A stretch of DNA of 64,000 bases, taken from NCBI RefSeq assembly GCF_009914755.1, contig NC_060925.1. One strand, written 5' to 3'. The notes under the pieces were generated by a model that was not told the origin of the DNA, did not search any database, and was given only the letters and a program-made list of their open reading frames with translations. This DNA is from the human T2T-CHM13v2.0 reference genome, Homo sapiens. Position 1 is the first letter of the stretch, and each line of letters begins with the position of its first letter. The translations under genes and the position numbers were made by a program. Shown here one piece after another: positions 27,247 to 44,174 of this stretch.

Positions 27247-28479
27247 CTACAAAAAAAAATCATATTATTAACTTGTAAAATGCAGTAAATCTGGGCTGCA
27301 GACCAGGAGTCTTAATTACCCTCCTATTCTAAAGTGAATAGCCCTTTTGTAATAAACTCATCAAAGCCAAGGGAGCTAGGGAGCAGGGATGGAGGAAGAA
27401 CTGCCTTGAGTGCTCTTGGGATAGTAGTCTGAGTAACACTTGAAGAACAGCCTTCAGGATGCTGCACTCAATAGCAGCCCCAAGGCTCCTCCCGCTTACT
27501 CTCTGAGTATAACTGAAAGATTGAACAACAGAGCTGAGACTGTTAGACCCACATGTAAACTGTCACCCATTTGTAACAGCTACTTCCTTCTTTGCTACAT
27601 GAAACTCCTGGGGATGGTTTTCTTCCTACCTCAAACTTACCTTCCTGTTTAGTCACCTCTGTGGCAACGACAGAACAATCTCTGGCTGTCTTGGAGTAAA
27701 TCAGCCGAAAAACAAAACCGCATCCTTGAGCAAGCCCTCAAACCGAGTCCATTTCCCGGCCTCCTCCCCCGTGGTCTGCGTATTTCCACAGAGCTCAAAA
27801 TCAGACCAGGCCAGAGCTCCCCAAACATTTGTATCTCATTGGTAACAAGAATTCATGAGAAATTAGTGCTGTGGTCACAGGGGTGAGGTAAAGGACAGCA
27901 AACTAGAAGTTTCCCTCCTTGGGAGCCTCACAGAACATGAAATGGGTGCTGTGACTTTCTGAGGGGGATAAAGTGGGAAATGTTTGTAAACCAGGTTGGC
28001 AGGCACAGGATTCTTGTTGGGGCAGCTTTTTGCCGGTCTCTGCTTCCCTGCCCTCTCCCAGCAGTCTCCTCACCCACTACAAGGAATCAAGCCTGCTTCT
28101 CCAGCTTGGCTCCTGCCTGAGATCCCACCTGTAAATCTTTCTTCTCGGAGAAATAGGACTCCCTGCTTCCTTTTTAATTTGGCTAACTTTGTGATCTGTT
28201 TTCTAGACACTTACACAAAAAATACCAGGGCACTCAGAAATTGCCTACGTTGAACTGCCTGGGTGAGAAGTGTGGCGTGGCCATTTCCCGTCAGATGTCT
28301 GCTATCTACTCATCTGTCCTCTGTTGTTCCTAATTGGGTTTAGTTCTTCCTGCTCCTGCCCTCGCGCAGCTGGGGAAATATTGCATTTGTTCCTACTTAT
28401 GCTTGCCCCTTTCTCATCTCCTCCCCCGATCTCCTCCATCTCCACCATATACAGAACCTTTTAACATTTTAATTTAACT

Positions 28480-28616
28480 TAATTTTTTTGATGCCCAGGC
28501 TGGTCTCTTAACTCCTGGGCTCAAGAAATCCTCCCACTAACTCCTAAACTCAAGCGATCCTCGCACCTCAGCCTCCCAAGTAGCTGAGACTACAGGTGTG
28601 TGCTACCATACCCAGC
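28480..28616 (-). mobile_element. Alu fragment with a small internal duplication
   Basis: taactcctgggctcaagaaatcctcccac followed by taactcctaaactcaagcgatcctcgcac. Confidence 0.7.
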
Positions 28617-31131
28617 TTCATAACCCTTTAGTAACTGAGCTTAGAGAATTCCCCCTGCTGCCACAATGGGTTCTTTAAATTTAAAAATAATTATTAAATA
28701 GGCAGTAAACACACATGATGCAGAACTTGAATAGTAAATAAAAATATACCAAGAAAAGTAAGCTCCTCTCTCAATCTCAGCCCCAAATACTCAGGTCTCT
28801 CCCTAGAATGCCACCTTAGAGAGGTCAGTGTTACCTTTCTAGACTCATCATTCCAAAGCAGTGCTTTTCATGCAAAATGTTCCTGCTCAAGAACCTATAA
28901 TGGCTGCTTATTTCCATATCACTCCATTCTAAGGACCTCCTTGCAAATATTCAGTGTCTTTTGCCTCTACTTCAACTCGATGCCAGGCAGGTCAATCTTA
29001 CTATCAAATAAATCACAACAGATTTAATTCCCTCTCATGTATTTGCCTCCGCTGTTTATCCCACCTGGAATGCCTTTTCTACTCCACTCTTGTTCTGAAA
29101 ATGTAGGTCACATCCTACCCCCTCCAAAGCTTTTCTGATTATTCTGGCCTCTCCAATTCCTCTGCGTTGGTTGCTCAGCCCTTACCCTCATATCACACAT
29201 TCTGCCTATCACCTGTGCTTCCTGCCTAAGTCCTTCTAAGAGTTTCGTATGCTCATGTGCATCCATTCTCTCTCCCTGGTGTGGCCACAAGCTTCTTGTG
29301 GGAGGAGCCCTATTATATGCTTTCTCTGAATCCCACACAATGTCTAGCCTCGCTGGGTACTCTGACCCCCACCCTATCAGCTAGCACAGTGCCTGGTATC
29401 GCATAATCTCCATAACGTTTGTTGTGATGAAAGGAACAGAGGAAGGGATGAGTTCCAGAATGCCCATCCCCTTTCCCCGTGGCCCTGGATGATGCCCCCC
29501 TACCCCCATCATTGGTAGTGATGGCTATGCCTCCCCCATCCACTCAGAGTTCCCCTCCACTGTAACCACCTAGATCTCAGCAGAGACCTGACTTGGCTCT
29601 CACACTCACCTGGGGCTCACGCATATTGCTCAGATCTGAAATGCCTTCCTCTGACCACAAGCCTGGAGGTCCCTACCTCTCCCACCTCACCTCATCTCCA
29701 GCTACTTGGCTCCTCTCTGCCCAGCCTCCTGGCCCATCAACCCCTCATGGCCTTGGGTCCTCCCAGCTTGGGTCTGTGGCCGGCTGAGCTGCCCCTTGTA
29801 CTTCCTTGCCCCCAGGCCTCCTGCCACAGCTTGTTTCTCCTGCACTGTTCCACCTGGCAGCTGAGGAGAAAGGACACCTGTGGCCCATCCATCGATCCCA
29901 CCTCACCTAGGCCCTTGCTGCTGCTTAGCCACCCTCACTTCATCCCTGCACTGACCACAGCAACCGACTCCACAAAACCAAAGGTCTTAACCCCTCGCCT
30001 ACCTCCTTGTCTCTGCAGCTTTAACATGTAGCCTCCTCCCTCGAGTCTCTAACCCGGGGCTACCCTGGCTCTGATCCTGGACTTTGCTTCCCCAGTCCCG
30101 CCTCCTCTGCCTCTTCCCATCACCCTAGGGCATCTAGCTTTTCTTTCTTAGTGACCTCAGGTGCTCACGGCATCAATTACTGTCCAGATGAAGAGGCGCC
30201 CCAATCCGTAACTCTAGCGTGAAGCCCACGCTCCAATTCTGTGCATGGACATCACTAGCCAGGTAATACACCAGCACCCCAAAATCAACCTGTCAAAGCA
30301 AAAATTCATAATTTTCCTTCCCAACCAAGATTCCTGTGTGACTCCTCTGTGACACTTGGTCCTGTCGCTTTTATTTTTCTTGAAAAATAATAGTAACAAT
30401 AGTCATAATGGCTAACATTTATTGAAAACTATTATGAGCCAGCCACTATTGTAAGCATTGTACTTATATTAATATATTTTGACACAGTTATTTCTATGTG
30501 ATTATCTATGCTATCATTGTCATTTCTATATTATCATTATGCCCATTTTCCACAGAAGACAACCAAAGCACAGAGAGTTTAAGTGACTTGTCCAAGGCCT
30601 GTGAGAAATGGAGCTGGCATTTGAACCAGGGAGTTTGGCATCAGAGCCTACACTGCCAGATGAAAGTTTTGCTAACAGGACCTCTGCTGTTTCTCTCAAA
30701 CCTAGCTCTGCATATTCAGTTCTGCCACCATCACCTTGACTCAGGCCCTCTTCTCTGCTTGGCTGGATTATTTCATTACTCCACTAACCAGTGTCCTCAT
30801 CTCATCTCCTATTAATTAGTCCCATGCTTTGCCAGCAGAGTGATCTTACTAAAGCATAGTTCTGCTAGAAAACTCTGCGGTTCTCCCTAAAGAATGACCC
30901 AAAGCCTCTCTCAAAGTCTCAGCCTGGCCCAACCTGCCAGCCCAGCCCCATCTTTCTCTAATGCCTCAACACTCTCTGCTCCAAAGAGGATGGCTTGCTA
31001 CTTCTTGTCCTGCCCTTCACACCCTGGGCCTTAACTCTTCCCCTCATCCCTCAACACCCAGCTCATGCCTCTGCCTCCTGACCACCAGTGGGATCTGCCA
31101 GGAGGGGGCCTCTTGGAGCACCCTACGGCGG

Positions 31132-31137
31132 TTTATT
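31132..31137 (-). terminator. CD58: Candidate intron 5 poly(A) signal for exon 5-terminal isoforms (...DRTK* or GPI form)
   Basis: Read-through of the exon 5 donor gives AAG TAA (stop at 31653-31651). AATAAA lies ~510 nt downstream. Confidence 0.6.
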
Positions 31138-31654
31138 AAACCAACACTGCTGCTAATTGTGTTTGTGTCCTATCTTTTATATGTGACTACAGGCCCAGCT
31201 CTGACCCTGGCTCCTGAAGTGAACCCTATCCCTGATCCAACTTTTTCTGGGATGGGAGGTGGAGGGAGTGTATTGTAGTGGTTAACAGTATAACTCTTGG
31301 AGTCCAAAGACCTAGATTTAAATCCCAGCCCATCACTTACTAGCAACGTGACTTTGATATCTCACTTGACTTCTATGAATCTCATATGCGCTGTCTCTAA
31401 GCAAGGGGTATGATACTCCTCCTGCAAGGCTCATTGAGAGGGTTCCAGGAAACGATATGCAGAGAGTGGCTAGTGCAGTGCATGGCACACAGTTGGTACT
31501 TAATACACTATGGTTAGTATATCTGCTGATGTTACTTCTTATTACTGTACAAGGCAACCAACAGATGAGTACAATCTGGCTTCCCAAGTAATGGGCATCT
31601 ACAGCAGGGCTGCTGTTGTTCTGGCACAGAGTGCACAGCCTGCAGTGTACTTAC

Positions 31655-31691
31655 TTGGTTCTGTCTGGTTTTCTGTCACATTTCAGAATAC
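31655..31691 (-). CDS. CD58: CD58 exon 5 (cytoplasmic tail of the transmembrane isoform), 37 nt
   Basis: Translates (G)ILKCDRKPDRT(N). Acceptor catttttag, donor AA|gtaagt. Confidence 0.96.
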
Positions 31692-31718
31692 CTAAAAATG
31701 AAGAAATTGTCTTCTCAA

Positions 31719-31726
31719 TTAAAGAA
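31719..31726 (-). CDS. CD58: Alternative upstream acceptor of exon 5 (35-nt extension) giving the GPI-anchored isoform ending ...YMNVL*
   Basis: ccttttcttttcag|TTCTTTAA. With the exon 4 G this reads GTT CTT TAA (V-L-stop), matching the C-terminus I recall for GPI-linked LFA-3. Confidence 0.88.
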
Positions 31727-31988
31727 CTGAAAAGAAAAGGTGAAATGTGGAGTTACTGACTGCCTATTAGAGGCCTAAATATGGAAAACTAAGCCAGAGC
31801 CCCATCACCCTGGGATTTCCTGCTATCCTATATGCTTTAAATCAAATCGGCTACAGAGCTGGTCCAAAGAGTTGTTCAAAAATTGGTCAGAACATGATAG
31901 AAAACCAAATGCAAAAACTGTTGACAAAATGGCTAATTTTACCTCGTGCATAAGGCTGAAGATGCAGGGAAGGCTAGAATAGTTTGGA

Positions 31989-32285
31989 CCAGTGCTGTCC
32001 AATAGAAATATAATGCAAGCCACATAAGTAATTTAAAATTTTTGGTATCCACATTACAAAGTAAAAAAAAATGTAAATTTTAATATTTTATTTAACACAA
32101 TGTGTCACAAATATAAAATTATTTCAACATGTACTCAATATAAACATTTTTTAATGAGATATTTTATATTCTTTCACACACGGTCTTAGAAACATATTAT
32201 TTTACACTCACAGCACATGATAATTTGGACTCCCACATTTCAAGTGCTCCATAGCCACATGTAGCTCATGGCTACTATTTCAGAC
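31989..32285. mobile_element. MER33-like hAT-Charlie MITE
   Basis: cagtgctgtccaatagaaatataatgcaagccacat terminus. Confidence 0.75.
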
Positions 32286-32526
32286 ATTAAGACACTGCTC
32301 CCACACATGCATGCATCACTTTCCTGCCCACAGTAGGCATCCGCCTGACCCTAGAACTATGCTAGTGGTTCAGAAGCTTAGTCAATAGGGTTGACTAGAG
32401 CTTATAAAGTTGTCTGTCAACTACAACTAGGCAGCTGGAGCTGTTTCCATTCAACTCTTTCCTCTTCTGAAGATTCCATGCCAAACATCTCACTATTTCC
32501 CAATTAATGACTTTAAGGTTGCTTAA

Positions 32527-32836
<310 letters not shown>

Positions 32837-33352
32837 TCCAAATTGTTTTTTTTTTTTAAGAACAAATTTTTTCAGATTATCTGGGGCTAACAGTACTGAC
32901 CAGGGGAGTAATTTTCTGTATATTGAATGACTTTTTTTTTTTTTTTTAAGTGAAATCAACCAATTGTTTTGAAGTTCTATGGAAACTCAGTGCCACCTCT
33001 CTTTAGTTCAGGTATCCTGGGTTAGTTCTTTAATTGAGATCTACAACAACACTGAGTGGAAAATGATTTTGGTTTCTGGGAACCAACCTGTTCAGGAGAT
33101 GATTAACTATTATACTGCTATTTGGGGATTAAAATAGATTTTTAAAAAATTTGAGCTCCCAAAATATTTTATGCATTGGGCAATAGCTGAAAACTTTCTT
33201 CAGCTGATCGTTATAATACTGTTTAGTGGAGAGTCAACTGACTGATAATCTATTACTTAGGGATGGATTTTCATGGTATTTACAACTTATAATATGAAAA
33301 TGTTATCATCAGGAAATTATATTTAGCACTGATATCGCAAAATAGTCTAGTT

Positions 33353-33565
33353 CTGCACTGACCAAGAAAACTTTCTGCAATGATAGGATTATTCCTTATC
33401 TGGGCTATCCAGTATGGTAGCCACTAGCCAGATGTAGGTATTGAGCACTTGAAAGGTGGTTAGTGTAACTGAGGAATGAATCTTAAATTTAATGGTATTT
33501 CATTTTAAATGATATATTTAAATAATCATATGTGGCTAATTGGCTACTATACTAAACAGTGCAGG
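33353..33565. mobile_element. MER3-like hAT-Charlie MITE
   Basis: aactttctgcaatgat...ggtagccactagcca...gagcacttgaaa. Confidence 0.7.
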
Positions 33566-34245
33566 TCTAAGGAAACTGAAATCTAGTTTATAAACTTGAT
33601 TCATGACACAATGGATCCTAGATACTATCACTTGTAGAAAGTTTACTCTTCGGCATTCCCTGTCTGGCATATTTCCTTTTGGTGAAGGCTGGTATGGAAA
33701 CTGCTGTGGCATCAAGAATATCCACTCTTCAGAATTACAGCCTGCTCCCTGTCCTTTGGGATTTGAGAGGGATTACTCATTACCAGGAATGAACAGGCTG
33801 GGAACAAATTCTCCAAGTCATCAGTTCTCCAAGCTGTATGACTGCCCAAGATTGCTAGGGGACTGAGAAGGCTCAGGAAGTAATACAAGCACAATTACTT
33901 GTATTACGTAAGTCACTTAACTCAACCAAAACTCCCTTCCTACCTGGGAGCCCCATTCGTGTTATATGACATGAAAATTACAGAGGTGGCAGCCTAAAGA
34001 GGTCTTTAGCAAACTCTGACTTGGAGACCAGAAGTTTAACTATATTTTGAAGCAGATCACAGGTAAAAGGAGGCTATGCAACAGGTCCAGGCTGTGTTCC
34101 CAGGCCTGTAAAGCTCTCTGTGGCCTAAGGATTCATTCTACCTTGAGATAATGTGGATCTTTGGAGGAACCTAGCATGCTCAGCAGTCCCACACACGTAA
34201 AGCAAAAAAGTTTTTGTTTCTTTTCAAATGTCTAAAATTTCAAAC

Positions 34246-34251
34246 TTTATT
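34246..34251 (-). terminator. CD58: Candidate intron 4 poly(A) signal for the exon 4 read-through isoform (...NGMYAF*)
   Basis: Read-through of the exon 4 donor gives GGT ATG TAT GCT TTT TAA (stop at 34315-34313). AATAAA lies ~60 nt downstream. Confidence 0.55.
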
Positions 34252-34329
34252 TTCATCCTTAAACTATTTTCTGACCTTTGGAAAACAATGCAAGTTTTCA
34301 AACTATTTTGTTTTAAAAAGCATACATAC

Positions 34330-34407
34330 CATTCATATACAGCACAATACATGTTGTAATTACTGCTAATGGTATGGGTATAAGTGCATATCTGTGTCTT
34401 GAATGAC
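34330..34407 (-). CDS. CD58: CD58 exon 4 (hydrophobic transmembrane/GPI-signal segment), 78 nt
   Basis: Translates (G)HSRHRYALIPIPLAVITTCIVLYMN. Pyrimidine-rich acceptor ending tttttatag, donor G|gtatgt. Confidence 0.97.
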
Positions 34408-34454
34408 CTATAAAAAAGAAAAGAAAAGAAATTCAACTAGTTGAACTGATCAAA

Positions 34455-35086
34455 ATGGATCCTCATTATTTGCAGATTCCACCTTGCGGTTTGCTTATTT
34501 ACTGAAATTTATTTGTAATCCACAAATCAATACCCAAAGCAGTCATTCTCAGACATAAGAACAGTGATGAAAACTTTGAGTCACCCAATAAGCAGATTCC
34601 CAGCAGAGGTGGAAAAAGGTAAAGCTCTGCCTTCTTGTTTCAAGTTCTTACACTGTTAACAAGTGTCCTATTTGCAGTCTATTTAGTGCCATGATTTTGC
34701 ATTTTTGTGCTTTTTTGTTGGTGATTTCACTATTTTAAGTGGTCCCAAAGTATAGTGTTGAAGGGCTGACAAGAGTTCCTAAGTGCAAGAAGGCTGCGAT
34801 GTGCCTTGCAGAGAAAATAGGTGTATTAGATAAGCTTCACTTAGGCATGAGTTACAGTGCTGTTGGCTATGAGTTCAAGGTCAATAAATCAACACTATAT
34901 ATTAAGGTTTATTTAAACAGAGACACACATAAAACAAGGTTATAAACAGATCATTAACAAAAATCTTATGACTAGAGGCTCACAGGAACCTACCCCTGTA
35001 TTTCCCCCAGGAACATTACTTCACTACTTGCTATTTCACTGTTAACTTGACTCTGTAGAACTAATATGAATAACAAGATTCGACTA
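34455..35086 (+). mobile_element. MER82-like Tigger DNA transposon
   Basis: gatcctcattatttgcagattcc...aataacaagattcgact; resembles the MER82 consensus throughout. Confidence 0.72.
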
Positions 35087-36658
35087 TTTCTAAACAAACT
35101 TATATGCACAAGCTTGATACATTCCAGACCCTGTGTTATTTAATAAAAGAAGCAAGTGTTCCACTAGAAGGTTTGTTTCTGACCATCTCATACTGCCAGT
35201 GGAAGCAGAACTTGGCATTGTGTTTGGTAGGGCAATTCTGGCAGTTGTATATAATAAGCCTTAAAAATATTTATCATGAAGCATCTAGACATTGCACTAA
35301 GTCATGTGCCTATAGTCTCACTAAGTCATTACAATGTTGGGCAAGTGCCTTAACCTCTCAGTGCCTCCATTTTCTCACAGGGTAACTATACTCGAGACTA
35401 ATAAATATACTTATCTCATAGGGTAGTTGCATTTAAGAACAGCTGTTATATACTGTCATTAACCTATTGAGTAGATGTTATTGGTATCTCTATTAATATC
35501 TTGTGACTCTGCAATTCCATTTCTAAGATGTTATCCTGGGGAAAATATCAATGATGTGCCCTTCTACTCCCCGCAAAAAGGCACAAAGATATTTACTGCA
35601 GCCTTACTTAATATACCATAAGGCAAAAACAACCTAAGTTGTTTTCACAGCAGCTCCTTGTTTTCACAAAAAACTGTGGTATGTTCACAAGGTAAACTCT
35701 ATCCAGCTATTGAAAATCCAAAATCAGAGTACACAATGCACTGCTAAAGGATTGGGGAGGGGTCACTAAGAACAAATGTGACATGGATATGGGAAAGGAA
35801 GGGAAAGGAAGGGAGAGGAGGAAGAGAGAGAGAAAATGAATGAATAAATGAGAATAAGGATATGATCACACTTTCCTTTTATTAGGAACACAGGTGTGTT
35901 GGAGCAAATAGGCAGTCACCTATTGGTCAGATTTGAGAAGACCCTGGCCAGAAACTGCTAGGTGCCCCCGAACATCATTTTCCCTTCTTTAGTAGCAAAA
36001 TTCAGATATTCCTTGGCAATAATACTCCCCAAGTAGTGTTTGTATACTTCCCTTAGGTGGCATACGATGCCTGGTTGCTTTTCTTTTCATGATGTCAGTG
36101 CCACTGAAGATCATTGTCTAGAGCCATAAGTTCATCAAGGGTTTGCAAAGTGGTTTAGTCTATCATTCCTTCTTTACTAACTACAATCTTCACATAAAGA
36201 TAAACTGCCCCTCATCAACAATGTGGTTACTCTGAGGTTCAATTTATATAGGAAAAGCAGCATTTGATTCTTCTCTTTCTTTATCGTTTTTCAAAATAAT
36301 GAGTTAGCTCCCAAGCATTCTCTAGAGATGACCAGTGAGTTTTTAAATTTGTTTTTAGTACATTATGAACGCATGAACTGAGCACAACTGATGTGTTTCA
36401 ATCTACTGAAGTTGTTATTCTTATTGATGTTCCAATTGTCTTATTTTTGGCCAGAGGGAACCTCTTCAGAGTGGCTCCTGAGTCCTGTTCGTACCATCAT
36501 GTTAAGTCTTTTTGATAGCTTTCTTGTTCTGTGGTAAAATAAGATACTCAAGGCTTATTTTAATGCATTCCATGCCCCAGGTATGGAATCAGCCAACTGT
36601 CCCAAAGGCCCTAGTTCATTTTCATGGGAAATGATAATTAGGTACCATAATCTGGGTG

Positions 36659-36768
36659 AAGGTGGCCAATCATCCTGGTTTTCCTGAAACTGAAGAGTTT
36701 CCTGGGATATGAAATTCGGGTGCTGAAACTGGGAAGTCTGGGCACACCAGGTAACACTGGTCACTCAA
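36659..36768. mobile_element. MER81-like hAT MITE within an old L1 fragment (~36040-37330)
   Basis: aggtggccaatcatcctggttt...ctggtcactc degenerate TIRs. Confidence 0.55.
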
Positions 36769-37339
36769 ATCTGGGTCCAAGAACCAAGAAGCATGCAAAT
36801 TGCTACAGGACTGGCTCTTGTTTCTAGAACATTTCAATGGACAGAACCAGGAAATACACAATTTTCTAAGAGACAAAATACATTAATGGGTCATGCTGGC
36901 ATTATGCTGAACCCTATTAAGCTGCCAAGATTCAATGGTTTTTGACTAGAGAAACAGCAATTTCATATGGTTCAAATTAATACCTTTAAATAAATCCAGG
37001 GCTACAATGTTTACTTAACCTAATCAATTTACAGCTGAATCTCCTTTCTTTCATGCCAAACATCCCAATATTCAATAACAACAATATAAATATTCATTTG
37101 CATTTTCCTGCAATACATACTCAACAGTAACCAAATACCAGCATTACTGCTAACTACATAATTACTTAAAACATTACAATTTTTTTCTTTATAGTTCTTT
37201 TTATCCTTAGAATGCAGCCCCTTGAAATATGCACCCAAATTACTATGTTTTGAAAACACTTGGAATGGTTCCTCTATTTGGGGTTATTCCACAAACTTGA
37301 TTCATGGCTTAGTAAGTTAGCTTCACTTGGCTTTAAATA

Positions 37340-40265
<2,926 letters not shown>

Positions 40266-40277
40266 TTATTTAAACTG

Positions 40278-40485
40278 CCAGGCTGAAGTGATCCTCCCAC
40301 CTCAGTCTCCCAAGTAGCTAGGACTACAGACACATGCCACAACACCTCAGTAACTTTTTAATTTTTAGTAGAGATAGGGTCTCCCTATGTTGCCCAGGCT
40401 GGTCTCGAACTCTCAGCCTCAAGCAATCCTCCCGTCTTGGCCTCACAAAGTGTTGGGATTATAGGCATAAGCCACTGCACGCAGC
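40278..40485 (-). mobile_element. Partial AluJ-like
   Basis: gatcctcccacctcag...gccactgcac. Confidence 0.8.
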
Positions 40486-42585
40486 GTTCTTTCTCAATTT
40501 TTAAAAGCAGAGTGAACATTCTTAATCACTATTCTTCCCAGTGGAAAGTCATAAAAGTCACAAGAGACCAACTTAAATCAGTCCAAAAATCCTCCTACTT
40601 CTGTTTCTGCCTGTTACATTTCATCTGGTTCAAACTTTGTTCAAATATTCTTAACATTCTTTATCTCAGTCTACATAATATTATTTCCTATGTTGCATTT
40701 CTTTCCTTCTTCTCCTTTTTCCTATTTCCGCATATTTTTGTGTTTCTATGATGAATTTTTCCAATTTCTCTCTTTTTTCTTAGGAGTAAGATCAAAGGGT
40801 GTTTTTTTGAGGCTCTACCTTCAGTGACTTACTCCCTGCAGGTAACATAATGTCCACACAGCTATGAAAGAAAGATCATCTAGTTGAACTCAGAACAATG
40901 TTTGTTCTACATAACTTCAGGTCGGAACTGAACAATGTTTCTTTTATGTTCTTGGTCCATAAATGTGTACAACAGTTGGAAACTGGTACTCTAGAGAATA
41001 TCCTCTTGCCTACCCCTTCAAAAAATGTGCCCTTTCCCTAGGCTCCCATTTAGAGTTCTGTGTCAATGTGGAGGGTGTTACAATCATCCTACTTCTTCCC
41101 AGCAGTTATCTAAAAGAGAATGGTGAAGTGCACTGGGTTTCTTTACCTGGAAATAGCCTTTGACTCTCAAAGGTACTCAGATTTTATTTTCCTCTTTCAC
41201 AGCCAAATATATAACTGGCCTATTGGACTACCCCTCTTCTTACTTAAAGCCCAGGAATCTGGTTCCTACCCTCATCTATTCACAAGGTCTGTCAACAATG
41301 ACCTCCTAAGTGCCAAATCCACAACCTCTTCTACATTGTCCTCCTTAAACCATTGGCTGTATATAATGTTATACCAAATGTCCTCTCTTGAAACTCTTCC
41401 TGTATCCTGAATAACAACTAGCAGTTTTATAGTGACTAACCATCAATACTCTTTCCCACATGCTATTTTATTTAATTTCCTCAGCCCTTGTAAAGTAAGT
41501 ATTATTATCCCCCACATTCACACTGCCAGTAAGCAATGAAATCAGGTCTAGGACCTAGGTTTTCTTGCTCCCAATCCCATGTTCTCTTCTATCCAGAATT
41601 TTCTCCTGCCCTCAACTTCTCAATTTTCTAATCTGTATAAGTCTGTCTATATTCACGTGCTGCCATAAACCAGCTTTCTGACCTTGAGATCTCTGAACAT
41701 CTGTAGCATGGGCATAAAACCTCCATGCTATCTACTCTGACCGCAGATAAGGAGATAAGGAGGAGCAAAATGTAGGAGCATGACACAAAGGCAAGAAATA
41801 ATTGCTCACTAGCTTTCTTTCCATCTCCCAATGCCTTGGAGCTGCAATTTTCAAACGGTTAACCAATGGAAGTAAATTCCAAATTCCAGATTATAATTCT
41901 CCATCTCTGAGTCATCTTCTTACTTTTACTTCCCAGTACAGTGGGGAAGACACAGTGCTTTGAGTTCAGATGGAGTTGGATGTCAAATCCTGGCTTTGCT
42001 CTTAATAAATGTGTATATTTGGTCAAGTTATTTAACCTCACTGTGCCTCAGATTCCTCCTTTATAAATACCCACACCACTGGGTTGTTGTGTGGATTAAA
42101 TGTGACACATTTATGTAAATCATTTACAGGAGTTTGTTGTGGAGCAGGCCTTCAGTAAGTATTAGTTCATTCCCCCAGTACAATACGAGTTGGACAAGAA
42201 CTCTGTCCTCAATCTTAACTGTCTCTAAAATTCTCCTTTAGATTGTGTTTAACTAGTTAGTAACCCCATCGCCCCATTTCTGGGTTGCAGTGACGGTATG
42301 ACAGTAGATGTCATGACTAAAATGATGACAAACCACAAAAAGGTCCTACTAGACAAAATGTTACAAGAAACATGAGATAATGAGGTAAAAAATTAAGTTA
42401 CATTTGACCAATATCTACTATGTATATCTATATAGTATGGGTTTCTCTAGCTCATTCATATGAATAAATCAAAGAAAACTTTAAAATTTGATTTATTTTG
42501 AAACGTATAGAGAGTCAGGATGGTATCATACAAAAACACTCTGGAATTCAAAGACCTAAATTTTAATTCTATCTCCAATACTTAA

Positions 42586-42929
<344 letters not shown>

Positions 42930-44174
42930 ACCTGTCTCCTCATTCTTAAAAGGTAAGTAACAACTGTCTGGCCAATCTAAAATGATAGTGGTGAGGAGCA
43001 AATGAGGCATTTATTTGAAGGGTTTGCTAAAGGAGAGCAGGCTAGTCAATGTGAGTTAGTTTGCTTCACTGATAAAGCATTGGAAAGTTTAGATGAGAAA
43101 TCAAAACCTGAAAAAGTAAGATCTAGTATTTAACTGTTATACTTTCATGGATTTGTATCTATTATGATGCATGTGGTTCCACACAAAAGCATTCAAAAAT
43201 CATCTCAGAAAAAAAAAGATCCTAGACTGTTACTGTTCAAAAGAACCATTAAGATCATTAAGTTCAGCTCCTGGTTTGCATTTTAAAAGGAGAAGGTCCT
43301 CCAATATTTGGTTAACAGAAACCAGGGTCAGAAGCCCAGACATATGTCTCAGATGTCAACACTACTCCAGGATTTAAACCTAAGACCTATCAAGCAACAT
43401 TCCTCAAACTTTCAAAATCTGTTGTATATATGTGAACTATCAATTTGGAAGAAAATGTAAAAGAAGGATAAATCACCATTATTTAATAATTAAAAGAATT
43501 TTTTCAAATTAATAGTACTTATTTCAAATCAATAAGAGGAATATCATTCCTCTTATGATCTTTTACCAGACTATTTACAGGGAAAGTAATCTTACTTTCA
43601 GTAAGAGTAATTTTACTTTGTGTCTTCAAATTCTAATGGCAAACATAAAGTTAAACATAAAGTTTTGCAAGGGCAAAACCTTTAAAAATCCCCTAAAATA
43701 TTCCATGTAATTCTATAGAGGGATCTTACTCAGAAATTATTTCCTTCAAGTATTTTGTCTCTTGGAACACTTAAAACTTTTCAAGATTTCAACTTGCTTG
43801 CTCTGTCTATATGTGGTCATCTTCTTCCCCCTTGTCAGTTAGATGCAGCACACATATACCAAAAGGCAAAAGCACACTGGTTTTATTTTTTGTTGTTCCC
43901 ATTATAAAGCAACTATCTGCTTTTACAACAAATTGCATTTCCATATCGTATGCCTTGGGTATTATGTAACACTCAAAAGGTGGAATTAATAAAGGAATGT
44001 TTGCTCCAAGCTTAACTATTTTAACTTTGCAGCTCGTTTTAAAAACTTCTTGCAATTGTGTGACTTGTACAAACAGTGCTCCTTTGAGTGACACCTCTGT
44101 GGGTTTGATCTTTTCTCTGTCTTCAAAAATCAAATCTATCAGTTATAAATTGGGACTCATTTGCACTTTTTCTT

